From contig NZ_CM001976.1 in assembly GCF_000406145.1 (NCBI RefSeq), positions 1,465,315 through 1,497,314 on the forward strand: DNA of 32,000 bases, written 5' to 3'. Both the position numbers and the translations under genes were made by a program. Positions 15,955 to 24,875 of the stretch are shown in pieces (the first letter of the stretch is position 1; each line of letters starts with the position of its first letter). Below the pieces are notes generated by a model. It was not told the DNA's origin. It searched no databases and was given only the letters and a program-made list of their open reading frames with translations. The DNA comes from Dickeya dadantii NCPPB 898 (lineage in GTDB: Bacteria > Pseudomonadota > Gammaproteobacteria > Enterobacterales > Enterobacteriaceae).

Positions 15955-18900
15955 TTAGTGTGGGGCGTTTACGTGTGTTGTCCGGCGTTTTTCACGCCAG
16001 CGGTCATAACGCTCCTGCACGCTCATGACCGCCACGAAAAACACCGGCACGAAGAATACCGCCAGTACGGTGGCGCTGACCATACCGCCGAACACGCCGG
16101 TGCCGATGGCGTGCTGGGTTTCCGCGCTGGCGCCCGACGCCACCATCAGCGGCACCACCCCCAGCGCAAACGCCAGCGAGGTCATCAGGATCGGGCGCAG
16201 GCGCAGGCGCGCCGCCGTCACCGCGGCGTCCACCAGTTCATGCCCCTGGTCGCGCAGCTGTCTGGCGAACTCGACGATCAGGATGGCGTTCTTGGCCGAC
16301 AGACCGATGACGGTAATCAGCCCCACCTTGAAGAACACGTCGTTCGGCATATCGCGCAGGATCACCGCCAGCACCGCGCCGAGCAGCCCCAGCGGCACCA
16401 CCAGCATGACCGACAGCGGAATCGACCAGCTTTCATACAGCGCCGCCAGCACCAGAAACACCACTACCATCGACAGCAGCAGCAACATCGGCGCCTGCGC
16501 GGCGGATTGCCGTTCCTGCAGCGACTGCCCGGTCCATTCCACGGTGAAGCCGGGCGGCAACTGCGCCGCCAGCCGTTCCATCTCCGCCATCGCCGCGCCG
16601 CTGGAGACGCCGGGCGCGGCGCTGCCGGAGATTCGTGCCGCCAGGAACCCCTGATAGCGCGTCAGTTGCAGCGGGGTATCGCTCCAGACCGGCGTCACCA
16701 CCTCTTTCAGCGAAACCATGCCGCCCGCGGTGTTGCGCACATACAGCCGGAGCACATCGTCCAGTTGCATCCGCGCCGGCGCGTCGGCCTGAATGATCAC
16801 CTGCTGCATACGGCCGGCGTTCGGGAAGTCGTTCACGTACAGTGAGCCGATGGCGGCGGACAGCGTCTCGCTGAGGGTGCTGAACGACACGCCGAGCGCT
16901 TCCGCCTTTTGACGGTCGATATTCAGCCGCACCGTGCTGCCGGGCGGCAGGCCGTCCGGATAAACCCCGGCGACGATGTGGCTCTGCGCCGCCAGCGTCA
17001 ACAGTTTGGTTTCCGCCGCCTTGAGCGCGGCGTAACCCTGACCGGATCGGTCCTGCAGGCGCAGGGTAAAGCCGGACGAGGTGCCCAGCTCATCGATCGC
17101 GGGCGGCATCAGCGTCATGGCGGTACCCTCGCGGATCGACGACATCGCCTGCTGCGCCAGCGCCACTTCACCCTGCGCGGTGGCGCCGTCGCGGGCCGAC
17201 CAGTCCTTCAGCGTGGTGAACGCCATCGCCGCGTTGGGGCCGGAGCCGGAGAAGCCGAAGCCGAGAATCGACATGTTGGACGCAATACCGGGGCGCGAGG
17301 CGATGTGCTGTTCGTAGGCCTTGACCACGTCCCGCGTGCGCGCTTCGGTGGCGTCCGACGGCAGTTGGATCGAGGTCATGAAGTAGCCCTGATCCTCTTG
17401 CGGCAGAAAGTCGGACGGCAATTCCCGGAATATCCACGCCAGCGCGCCGGTCAGCGCGGCGAACAGCAGCAACATGCTGCCGGAACGGCGCAGCAGCGCG
17501 CGGGTGCCGGCGGCGTAATGTTGCGTCAACTGTTCGAAACGGCGGTTAAAGCTGCGTTTCTCATGATGACCGTCGGCAACCGGCGTCAGCAGCGTGGCGC
17601 ACAGCGCAGGGGTCAGCGTCAGCGCCAGAAACGCCGAGAACAGGATTGATACCGCCATCGACAGGGTAAATTGCCGGTAGATGACCCCCACTGAACCGCT
17701 GGCGAACGCCATCGGGATAAACACGGCCGACAGCACCAGCGTGATGCCGATAATCGCGCCGGTGATCTCCTTCATCGCCCGGGTGGTCGCCGCCTGAGGC
17801 GACAGCCGTTCCTGCGCCATCAGCCGCTCAACGTTTTCCACCACCACGATGGCGTCATCCACGATGATGCCGATCGCCAGCACCATGCCGAACATCGTCA
17901 GCACGTTGATGGAGAAACCGGCCGCCAGCATCACCGTAAAGGTGCCGAGCAGGGCGATGGGGGCGACAATCGCCGGGATCAAGGTATAACGCACATTTTG
18001 CAGAAACAGGTACATCACCAGAAACACCAGCACCATCGCTTCGGCCAGCGTCCTGACCACCTGCTCGATGGAGATTTTGACGAACGGCGCGGTGTTGAAC
18101 GGCAGCGAATAGCCCATCCCGGCGGGCATGGACGGTTTCAGCTCGGCCATGCGCTGCGCGATCGCGGCGGCGGTGCGCACCGCATTCGCGCCCGGCGCCA
18201 GCTGAACGGCGGCGGCGGTGGCGTCCTTGCCGTTTTCACGCACGGAAAAACCGTAGGACTGCGCGCCCAGTTCGACGCGCGCCACGTCGGCCAGCGTCAC
18301 CCGCGAGCCGTCCTCCCGGGCACGCAGCACGATGGCGGCGAATTGCTCCGGGTTTTCCAACTGCCCTTGCACCGTCAGCGGAATGGTCACCCGCTGCCCC
18401 GGCAGGGTAGGCGCGTCGCCGACCCGTCCGGGGGCGATTTGCGCGTTCTGCTGGGTGATGGCGGTCGACAGGTCGTTCATGGTCAGGCCGTAGGACAGCA
18501 GCTTGTTCGGGTCGACCCAAATGCGCATCGCCTGTTCGGCGCCGAATAGCTGGACGCGGCCGACGCCGTCGACCCGGCGCAGCTCCTCGACCACGTTACG
18601 CGCCATGTAGTCGCTCAGCGCCACCTGGTCGAAACGCCCGCTATCGGAGGTCAGGCTGACCAGCAGCAGGAAGCCCGATGAGGCGGACTCCACCTGCAGG
18701 CCGTTTTGCCTGACCGTTTGCGGCAGCCGGGGTTCGACCGATTTGATGCGGTTTTGCACGTCCACCTGCGCCAGCTCCGGGTCGGTGCCCGGCTTGAAGG
18801 TGATGCTGATCTGCGCCGAACCGGAGGTGTCCACCGACGACTCGAAATAGAGCAGGTTTTTGACGCTGGACAGCTCGCGTTCAATGAGCCCGACCACCGC

Positions 18901-19077
18901 ATCATTCATGGTCTGGGGCGTCGCGCCGGGGTAAGAGGCGGTGATGCTCACCGTCGGCGGCGCCACCGACGGGTAACGGGCGATCGGCAACTGGGGAATG
19001 GCGATGGTTCCCAGCAGCACGATGAACAGGGCGATCACCCAGGCGAATACCGGGCGATGGATAAAAAATTGCGGCAT
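15955..19077 (-). CDS. RND (HAE1, AcrB/MexB-type) multidrug efflux permease
   Basis: 1040 aa. MPQFFIHRPVFAWVIALFIVLLGTIAIPQLPIARYPSVAPPTVSITASYPGA parallels the AcrB N-terminus, and the 12-TM/large-loop organisation is typical of the family. Confidence 0.93.
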   Translation of the reverse strand: MPQFFIHRPVFAWVIALFIVLLGTIAIPQLPIARYPSVAPPTVSITASYPGATPQTMNDAVVGLIERELSSVKNLLYFESSVDTSGSAQISITFKPGTDPELAQVDVQNRIKSVEPRLPQTVRQNGLQVESASSGFLLLVSLTSDSGRFDQVALSDYMARNVVEELRRVDGVGRVQLFGAEQAMRIWVDPNKLLSYGLTMNDLSTAITQQNAQIAPGRVGDAPTLPGQRVTIPLTVQGQLENPEQFAAIVLRAREDGSRVTLADVARVELGAQSYGFSVRENGKDATAAAVQLAPGANAVRTAAAIAQRMAELKPSMPAGMGYSLPFNTAPFVKISIEQVVRTLAEAMVLVFLVMYLFLQNVRYTLIPAIVAPIALLGTFTVMLAAGFSINVLTMFGMVLAIGIIVDDAIVVVENVERLMAQERLSPQAATTRAMKEITGAIIGITLVLSAVFIPMAFASGSVGVIYRQFTLSMAVSILFSAFLALTLTPALCATLLTPVADGHHEKRSFNRRFEQLTQHYAAGTRALLRRSGSMLLLFAALTGALAWIFRELPSDFLPQEDQGYFMTSIQLPSDATEARTRDVVKAYEQHIASRPGIASNMSILGFGFSGSGPNAAMAFTTLKDWSARDGATAQGEVALAQQAMSSIREGTAMTLMPPAIDELGTSSGFTLRLQDRSGQGYAALKAAETKLLTLAAQSHIVAGVYPDGLPPGSTVRLNIDRQKAEALGVSFSTLSETLSAAIGSLYVNDFPNAGRMQQVIIQADAPARMQLDDVLRLYVRNTAGGMVSLKEVVTPVWSDTPLQLTRYQGFLAARISGSAAPGVSSGAAMAEMERLAAQLPPGFTVEWTGQSLQERQSAAQAPMLLLLSMVVVFLVLAALYESWSIPLSVMLVVPLGLLGAVLAVILRDMPNDVFFKVGLITVIGLSAKNAILIVEFARQLRDQGHELVDAAVTAARLRLRPILMTSLAFALGVVPLMVASGASAETQHAIGTGVFGGMVSATVLAVFFVPVFFVAVMSVQERYDRWREKRRTTHVNAPH

Positions 19078-19097
19078 GGCGCATGGCTCCTTTGCTG

Positions 19098-20360
19098 TTA
19101 ACGTGACGCCACGTCAGTGGCGGACGGCACCGTTTTCCAGTTCTGGGTCGTCACCCAGGCGCCGTCTCTCAGCCTTTCGCCGCCTTCGATCACCACCTGT
19201 TGGCCGGCGCTGAGCCCGGCGCGAATGCGGTACTGCCGGTTGACCAGCTCGCCCAGCTCGACCGTGACGGCATGGGCCGTGTTCCGCGCGTCAACCACCC
19301 AGATTTTGGCTTCGCCGGCGCTGCGCGTCACCGCCTGTTGCGGCACCAGTAGGGCGTCGTCGTGGTGACCGAGCGGGATGCGGGCGCGGACGAACATTCC
19401 CGGCAGCAGTTGCCGCTGCGGGTTGTCCACCAGAATGCGCAGCAGCACGTCGCCGGTGCCGGCGTCCACATTGACGCCGGAAAACAGAATGCGCGCCTGC
19501 ATCGGGTAGGGCTGGCCGTCGCCGTGCAGGATCACCGCCGGTACGCCGTCGCTGCCGTTGGCGCGCTGACTCAACATATCCCGCAGTTGTTCCAGCGAGG
19601 AGGCCGGTTGCCGCACATCGACATAGACCTGATCGATCTGCTGGACCCGCGCCAGCGGGTTGCTGTCGTTGGTGCTGACCAGCGCGCCTTCGGTGATCAG
19701 CGCCTGATCGATACGGCCGGCAATGGGGGACTCGACGGTGGCGAAGGTCAGATCCAGTTGGCGGCGCGCCAGCGTGGCCCGGGTCTGCGCCACATCGGCG
19801 GCGGCCTGGTCGCGCTGGGCTATCGCATCGTCGTAGGTTTGCTGGCTGATGGCGCCGGTGCTGAGCAGCGGCTTGAGACGAGCGACCTGAATTTGCGCCC
19901 GGTTCAGCACCGACTGGGCGCGTTGCAGCGCGGCGCCGGCGGTATCGACATCGGCCTTGAACGGTGCCGGGTTAATCTGGAACAACGGTTGCCCGGCGCG
20001 GATCTCGGCGCCCTGTTCGAACAGCCGGCGCTGGATGATGCCGCCGACCTGCGGACGGATTTCCGCCGTCCGCACCGCGGCGACCCTGCCGGGCAGATCG
20101 TCGGTCAGGGTGATGGGCGCGGGCGTGGCGGTCAGGACGGTGACCTGCGCCGGCGGCGGTTCGGCCGCTACGTCGGTTTGGTCGCAGCCGGTCAGCAACA
20201 TACCGACCAGCGCCAGTATTACGCCGTGGCGACACAGTTGTTTCAGCGACACGGGCTGGCGGGTGGTTGCGCCGTGCGACTCCGCCTGACCGGGCGTCGC
20301 CAGCAGCAGGGCCGACAGAATACAGGCGGCCGGGTATTGATACGGTTTCTTGGTGTTCAT
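19098..20360 (-). CDS. RND efflux periplasmic adaptor (membrane fusion protein, AcrA/MexA family)
   Basis: Typical MFP body (barrel-sandwich hybrid and coiled-coil hairpin regions: QVTVLTATPAPITL, RPQVGGIIQRRLFEQGAEIRAGQPLFQINPAPF) ending 20 nt upstream of the permease gene. The start is ambiguous. ATG 20360 gives MNTKK. GTG 20252 gives MSLKQLCRHGVILALVGMLLTGC, a clean lipoprotein signal. The track start at 20483 is unlikely. Confidence 0.85.
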   Translation of the reverse strand: MNTKKPYQYPAACILSALLLATPGQAESHGATTRQPVSLKQLCRHGVILALVGMLLTGCDQTDVAAEPPPAQVTVLTATPAPITLTDDLPGRVAAVRTAEIRPQVGGIIQRRLFEQGAEIRAGQPLFQINPAPFKADVDTAGAALQRAQSVLNRAQIQVARLKPLLSTGAISQQTYDDAIAQRDQAAADVAQTRATLARRQLDLTFATVESPIAGRIDQALITEGALVSTNDSNPLARVQQIDQVYVDVRQPASSLEQLRDMLSQRANGSDGVPAVILHGDGQPYPMQARILFSGVNVDAGTGDVLLRILVDNPQRQLLPGMFVRARIPLGHHDDALLVPQQAVTRSAGEAKIWVVDARNTAHAVTVELGELVNRQYRIRAGLSAGQQVVIEGGERLRDGAWVTTQNWKTVPSATDVASR

Positions 20361-20446
20361 ATCACTTCGTAATCCCTGTTTACCGGCCATAGGGAGGCCA
20401 GACTGCAAAAGTGTGCGCCCGCTGTGTGCGGTTTCCGTTGGAGAAA

Positions 20447-20465
20447 GATGGAGATATGATGGAGA
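20447..20465. promoter_or_regulatory. 8-bp direct repeat GATGGAGA-N3-GATGGAGA (11-bp phasing) in the divergent efflux/two-component promoter region
   Basis: 20447-20454 and 20458-20465 are identical, lying 29-47 nt upstream of the response-regulator ATG. A second direct repeat GTGTGCG x2 lies at 20411-20417 and 20424-20430. Helical-turn spacing suits OmpR-family binding, but the repeat could equally be SD/uORF sequence. Confidence 0.3.
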
Positions 20466-20493
20466 ACCTGGATTTTTTATCATGAGCTGACCG

Positions 20494-21231
20494 ATGACTG
20501 TTCATACACAATCCATGCCGATGGCTGACGAGACGCATGGATTGGTGCTTATCGCCGAAGATGAGCCAGAAATCGCCGATATTCTTCGTGCTTACCTCAC
20601 ACGCAGCGGTTTGCGCACCCTCCACGCCGCCGATGGACACAAAGCGCTGGAACTCCATCTCTCCATGAAACCGGATCTGGTGCTGCTGGATGTACAGATG
20701 CCGCAGGTCGATGGCTGGCAAGTGCTGGCGGGGATTCGTCACCGCGGCGATACTCCGGTGATTATGCTGACCGCGCTGGATCAGGATATCGACAAGCTGA
20801 TGGGCTTGCGGATTGGCGCCGATGATTACGTGGTCAAACCGTTTAACCCCGCCGAAGTGGTGGCACGGGTGCAGGCGGTGCTGCGCCGCGCCGGTCTGCG
20901 CGCCGATCGTCAGCCGCAGCGCTTCCTGCGTACCGGTATCTTCCAGATCGATCTGGAAAACCACGAGGTGGTGGTGGAACTGAATGGCGTCGGCCAGCCG
21001 CTGGAGCTGACGCTGACCGAATTCCGGCTGATCGCCCATATGGCGCGTGCGCCGCGCCGGGTGTTCAGCCGCGAGGAACTGCTGGTTTCCTGCCTGCCGG
21101 AAGGGGATTCGCTGGAACGCACGGTGGACAGCCACATCAGCAAACTGCGCAAGAAACTGGAGCGGCTGGGGCTGAGCGGCGTGCCGTCCAGCGTGCGCGG
21201 CGTCGGCTACCGGTTGGGGGAGGCGTCATGA
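20494..21231 (+). CDS. OmpR/PhoB-family response regulator
   Basis: Receiver motifs (LIAEDEPEI, LVLLDVQMPQVDG, MLTALD, DDYVVKPF) and a winged-helix output domain (LTLTEFRLIAHMA, VRGVGYRL). Divergent from the RND operon. Alternative in-frame ATGs at 20515 and 20521. Confidence 0.9.
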   Translation: MTVHTQSMPMADETHGLVLIAEDEPEIADILRAYLTRSGLRTLHAADGHKALELHLSMKPDLVLLDVQMPQVDGWQVLAGIRHRGDTPVIMLTALDQDIDKLMGLRIGADDYVVKPFNPAEVVARVQAVLRRAGLRADRQPQRFLRTGIFQIDLENHEVVVELNGVGQPLELTLTEFRLIAHMARAPRRVFSREELLVSCLPEGDSLERTVDSHISKLRKKLERLGLSGVPSSVRGVGYRLGEAS

Positions 21232-22352
21232 AACCGCTGGGTAGCCTGAGCCGCCAAATCGTGCGTTCCATGACGCTGCTGGCGCTGTCCGTCACCCTGA
21301 TGATGGTGGTCGGTTCCTACATCTTCTATTCGCTGATGTTGACTATTTCTCCGGAAAGCCTGTCGTCGAACGATCAGTTAATGCCGACGACCATGGAATG
21401 GTTCTGGATGGCGGTCACCACGCTGTTGGCGTTGGTGATCGCGGTGGTGCTGGCTATTCGGCTGGCGCGCCGCATTTTGGTGCCGCTGAATTCAGTGGCG
21501 CACAGCCTGCGCCAGATCGCCGAAGGCGAACTGAACGCGCGCGCCGAAACCGACGATTACTCGCTGGGCGAAGCGGCGTTGCTGGTGCGCGACTTTAATA
21601 CCATGGCGGAACGGCTGGAGCGCATGGCGCAGGAGCGGGCGTTCTGGAACGCCGCCATCGCACACGAACTGCGCACGCCGGTCACCATTTTGCGCGGCCG
21701 GTTGCAGGGGCTGACCGAAGGTGTGTTCGAACCGGATATCGGCTTGTTTCGCAATCTGCTGACGCAGGTGGAAGGGCTGGGGCGGCTGATTGAGGACTTG
21801 CGGGTGGTGGGGCTGGCGGAAAGCGGCCATCTGGAGCTGCGCTGGACGCGAACCCGCCTGTCTGACGAGGTGACGGCGGTGGTGAGCGCGTTCGAACCTG
21901 CGCTGCAACATGAAGGGTTTACCCTGTCGCTGGCGCTGGAAGACCAGGTGGTGCAGTGCGACCCGGTGCGGATTCGTCAGGCGCTGCTGGCGTTGCTGGA
22001 GAATGCGCAGAAACATGCCGACCCCGGTCGATTATGCATCCGGGCGGGCGTGGATGGCGGGCGGGCGTTTCTGAGCGTTGAAGACGACGGCCCCGGCATC
22101 GACCCGCAGTTCGCCGATCAGATTTTTGAAGCCTTCCAGCGCGGTGAACAATCGCGCGCGGGCAACAGCAAAGGCAGCGGGCTGGGGCTGGCGGTGGTGC
22201 AGGCGATTGCTCAGGCGCACGGCGGTCAGGCGAGCTGCTGCCCATCGCCGTTCGGCGGCGCGCGGTTCGAACTGCGCTGGCCGGTGGCCGGCCGGAACAG
22301 CGGGCTGTCGGCCAGCGGACCATCGATCGGTGGGCAATCGATCGGTGGGTGA
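21228..22352 (+). CDS. Sensor histidine kinase (2 TM, HAMP, HisKA, HATPase_c)
   Basis: H-box AHELRTPVT, N-box LLENAQKHA, G-boxes VEDDGPGI and GSGLGLAVV. The start overlaps the regulator stop (ATGA at 21228-21231). Confidence 0.9.
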   Translation: MKPLGSLSRQIVRSMTLLALSVTLMMVVGSYIFYSLMLTISPESLSSNDQLMPTTMEWFWMAVTTLLALVIAVVLAIRLARRILVPLNSVAHSLRQIAEGELNARAETDDYSLGEAALLVRDFNTMAERLERMAQERAFWNAAIAHELRTPVTILRGRLQGLTEGVFEPDIGLFRNLLTQVEGLGRLIEDLRVVGLAESGHLELRWTRTRLSDEVTAVVSAFEPALQHEGFTLSLALEDQVVQCDPVRIRQALLALLENAQKHADPGRLCIRAGVDGGRAFLSVEDDGPGIDPQFADQIFEAFQRGEQSRAGNSKGSGLGLAVVQAIAQAHGGQASCCPSPFGGARFELRWPVAGRNSGLSASGPSIGGQSIGG

Positions 22353-22400
22353 TCGAACATAGGCAATCGATCAACGGACCGTCAGTCAGCGGGCAATCAG
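22321..22400. repeat. Degenerate ~15-bp tandem repeat spanning the kinase stop codon
   Basis: catcgatcggtggg / caatcgatcggtggg / tgatcgaacatagg / caatcgatcaacgg / accgtcagtcagcggg / caatcag... The first two units encode the C-terminal ...PSIGGQSIGG, and the repeats continue beyond the stop at 22350-22352. Confidence 0.7.
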
Positions 22401-22483
22401 GGACGCGCTGACGGCAGCAATGCGTCGGCTTTCAGCCAGGCTAAGGCGCTGTCGGCCAGCGCTTGGCCGATCGCCGGCGTGAT

Positions 22484-23383
22484 TCAGACCGGCTGACGCA
22501 GGTGCGCCAGCAAATTGGCGGCTTCGGGCTGCAAGGTCGCGCCTGACCTGATGCCCAGCCACAGTTTGCGGGTGGCCCAGCTATCGGTCAGGCGGATTGC
22601 GTGCAGCCCCACGCCGAGGATTTCCGGACGAATGGCGCCTTCAGGCAGGATGCTGATGCCGAGCCCGGCTTCGATCATGCGGCATATGCCATCAAAGCTG
22701 CTGACCTGAATGCGCAAACGCAGCATTTTTCCGTATTCTTCGGCGGTGTCCTGCAACAGTTTTAGCAGCGAGCTGCCGTTGTTGAGGCCGACGAAATCGT
22801 ACGGCAGGGCGTCGGCAAAAGTGATTTCCCGGTGTTCAGCCAGCGGATGCCGGGGCGACACCAGCACCACCAACTGGTCTTCCCGATACGGAATCTTTTC
22901 CACGCCGGGGGAGGGCACATTGTCGGCGAAGATGCCGAGATCGGCCTGCCCGGTGAGCAGCGCCGTCACCACGGTTTCACTCAGTTTCTCTTCCAGATTG
23001 ATGCGCACCAGCGGATGGCGTTGCAGAAAATGCGCCAGATCCTGCGGCAGAAATTCGATGATGGCCGAGGTGTTGGCCCAGATGTGCACATGACCGCGCA
23101 CGCCGGCGGCGTAATCCTGCATTTCGCCGGCCATGCGTTCCACGCTGCCCACGACCTGACGGGCGAGTTGCACCAGCTCTTTCCCCGCCGCCGTCAGCGC
23201 CAGACCGCGCGGCATACGGATGAACAGCGTGCAATCGACGGTGCGTTCCAGTTCCGCCATGCGTTTGCTCAGGGCCGACAGCGTCATGTGGAAGGTTTCG
23301 GCGGTCTTGGTCAGGCTACCGATTCTGGCGACCTGCAAAAACAGGCGTAGCGATTGCAGGTCAAAATGCGCGGGATTGATCAT
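22484..23383 (-). CDS. LysR-family transcriptional regulator
   Basis: MINPAHFDLQSLRLFLQVARIGSLTKTAETFHMTLSALSKRMAELE is a canonical LTTR wHTH N-terminus, followed by a substrate-binding domain. Track ORF trimmed from 23482 to ATG 23383. Confidence 0.9.
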   Translation of the reverse strand: MINPAHFDLQSLRLFLQVARIGSLTKTAETFHMTLSALSKRMAELERTVDCTLFIRMPRGLALTAAGKELVQLARQVVGSVERMAGEMQDYAAGVRGHVHIWANTSAIIEFLPQDLAHFLQRHPLVRINLEEKLSETVVTALLTGQADLGIFADNVPSPGVEKIPYREDQLVVLVSPRHPLAEHREITFADALPYDFVGLNNGSSLLKLLQDTAEEYGKMLRLRIQVSSFDGICRMIEAGLGISILPEGAIRPEILGVGLHAIRLTDSWATRKLWLGIRSGATLQPEAANLLAHLRQPV

Positions 23384-23436
23384 GGGAAGGCGGCGATCCT
23401 CGAAAGCGTGAGCGTCATAGCCTAACACAGTGGCGA

Positions 23437-23457
23437 CCCTTTCCTGGCAGGAAAGGG
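23437..23457. promoter_or_regulatory. LTTR-box-like dyad (CCCTTTCCTG-g-CAGGAAAGGG; core TTCC-N5-GGAA = T-N11-A)
   Basis: 10-bp perfect inverted arms separated by 1 nt, located in the divergent lysR/VOC intergenic region. It lies 54-74 nt upstream of the lysR ATG and about 83-103 nt upstream of the VOC start. Confidence 0.5.
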
Positions 23458-23539
23458 TGATTGACGATTGAGGAATTATCAAAAGCGTCGCCTGCGCCTA
23501 GGATGTCATCCTATTGTCTCAATTACAGGAAAGGCAGCG

Positions 23540-23932
23540 TTGATTAGTCATATTGACCACATTGTGCTGACCTGCGTGGATCTGGCGGCGACGCAGCGTT
23601 TTTATACCCAGGTGCTGCGACTGCGGCAGGAAACCTTCGGTAACGGTCGTATTGCGTTCTGCTTTGGGCAGCAGAAAATCAATGTCCACGTCAGGGGCGC
23701 GGAGTTTGCGCCGCACGCCCATCTGCCGGCGCCCGGCGCGCTGGATCTCTGTTTTATCGCCGGCGAACCGCTGGTGCAGGTGATGGCGCATTTACAGCGC
23801 TGCGGCTGGCCGATTATCGAGGGGCCGGTCGAACGCACCGGCGCGACCGGGAAAATCCGTTCGGTTTACCTGCGCGACCCCGACCTGAACCTGATCGAAA
23901 TCGCGGAATATCTTCGTGATGACGTGGTGTGA
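23540..23932 (+). CDS. VOC-family protein (glyoxalase/bleomycin-resistance/dioxygenase fold)
   Basis: ISHIDHIVLTCVDLAATQRFYTQVL ... LRDPDLNLIEIAEY is typical of VOC proteins. Start assigned to TTG 23540, with AGGAAAGG 5 nt upstream, giving about 130 aa. The track start at 23468 has no SD and adds an atypical extension. Confidence 0.75.
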   Translation: MISHIDHIVLTCVDLAATQRFYTQVLRLRQETFGNGRIAFCFGQQKINVHVRGAEFAPHAHLPAPGALDLCFIAGEPLVQVMAHLQRCGWPIIEGPVERTGATGKIRSVYLRDPDLNLIEIAEYLRDDVV

Positions 23933-24000
23933 TCATTGAAGGTACTTTTCATTCAACTCATTATTTCTAAAAACGATATAACAGGATGTAGTGGCTGTTT

Positions 24001-24765
24001 ATGACCAGTTTGCTGATGACCAATATGGTGTTGTGTTTGATTCTGGGGATGGGGCTTGGGGTATGCGGCGGAATGCTGGGAATCGGCGGCGGGCTGATCG
24101 CCATTCCGGTGCTGGGGATGCTGTTTGGCATGAATCAGCACCTGGCGCAGGGCACGGCGTTGATTATGATTACCCCGAACGTGTTGATCGGCTTTCTGCG
24201 TTACCGGCAGCGCAACAAGATCGACACCCGCATGACGCTGATGCTGTGCGCTTTCGCCACGGTGTCGGCCTATTTCGCCGCGCATATCGCCTCGGCCATT
24301 CAGGTCGATAACTTGCAGCAGGCGTTTGCTATTTTCCTGCTGGTGCTGGCGACCTACTACATCTGGCAGTGGATCAACAGCCGGCGCAGTCGTACGCCGA
24401 CCTCGGTCTTATCAAAACGTTATCTACCGGCGCTCGGCGTGGCGAGCGGCTTTATGTCCGGTATTTTTACCGTCGGCGGCGGGCTGGTGGTGGTGCCGGC
24501 GCTGGTAACGCTGTTTGGTTTCACCCAGACGCAGGCGCAGGGCATCGCGCTGGCGCTGGTGGTGCCCGGCGCGCTGGCGGCGCTGGTGTCTTACACCCAG
24601 GCCGGCAATGTGGACTGGGCGACCGGCATCCCGCTGGCGATCGGCGGCATCCTGAGCGTGTCGTGGGGCGTGGCGCTGGCGCACAAACTGCCGGTGGTCG
24701 CGTTGCGGCTGGCGTTCTGTCTGGTGCTGGTGGGCGTGGCGGTGGTGATGCTGGTGGCGAAATAA
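24001..24765 (+). CDS. TauE/SafE (DUF81) family anion/sulfite exporter-type membrane protein
   Basis: 254 aa and polytopic. GGMLGIGGGLIAIPVL and the repeated half GIFTVGGGLVVVPAL are the signature internal duplication of this family. Confidence 0.85.
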   Translation: MTSLLMTNMVLCLILGMGLGVCGGMLGIGGGLIAIPVLGMLFGMNQHLAQGTALIMITPNVLIGFLRYRQRNKIDTRMTLMLCAFATVSAYFAAHIASAIQVDNLQQAFAIFLLVLATYYIWQWINSRRSRTPTSVLSKRYLPALGVASGFMSGIFTVGGGLVVVPALVTLFGFTQTQAQGIALALVVPGALAALVSYTQAGNVDWATGIPLAIGGILSVSWGVALAHKLPVVALRLAFCLVLVGVAVVMLVAK

Positions 24766-24875
24766 CGCGGCGGGAATACGTTGCGTAAAAGAAGCCTGAC
24801 GGGTGGCGCTGTCCGCCCGTTGCCGCTACAATCCGGTCATCGATTAACCTACGGATAAAAATAAGGAGGACCATC

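Noticed and set aside
15949-20372. Multiple 180-340-aa plus-strand ORFs antisense to the RND permease and adaptor genes
   Set aside because: All lie inside strongly supported efflux genes. Their translations are His/Arg/Gln/Gly-rich with no domains, as expected of antisense open frames at high GC3.
20456-20485. 9-codon uORF (MMENLDFLS) just upstream of the response-regulator gene
   Set aside because: It is very short, and its apparent SD is the same GGAGA repeat interpreted as a possible regulator binding site. I cannot distinguish the two from sequence, so it is not called as a feature.
20380-21135. 251-aa minus-strand ORF antisense to the response regulator
   Set aside because: It shadows a canonical OmpR-family gene, and no independent support exists.
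423-23482. N-terminal extensions in the ORF track (starts at 423, 1654, 3789, 5775, 6524, 8431, 10486, 15357, 20483, 23468, 23482, 27655)
   Set aside because: In each case an internal start gives a canonical N-terminus (signal peptide, lipobox, family-typical first residues) and/or a better SD. The extensions are Arg/Pro-rich or run through hairpins or neighbouring genes.
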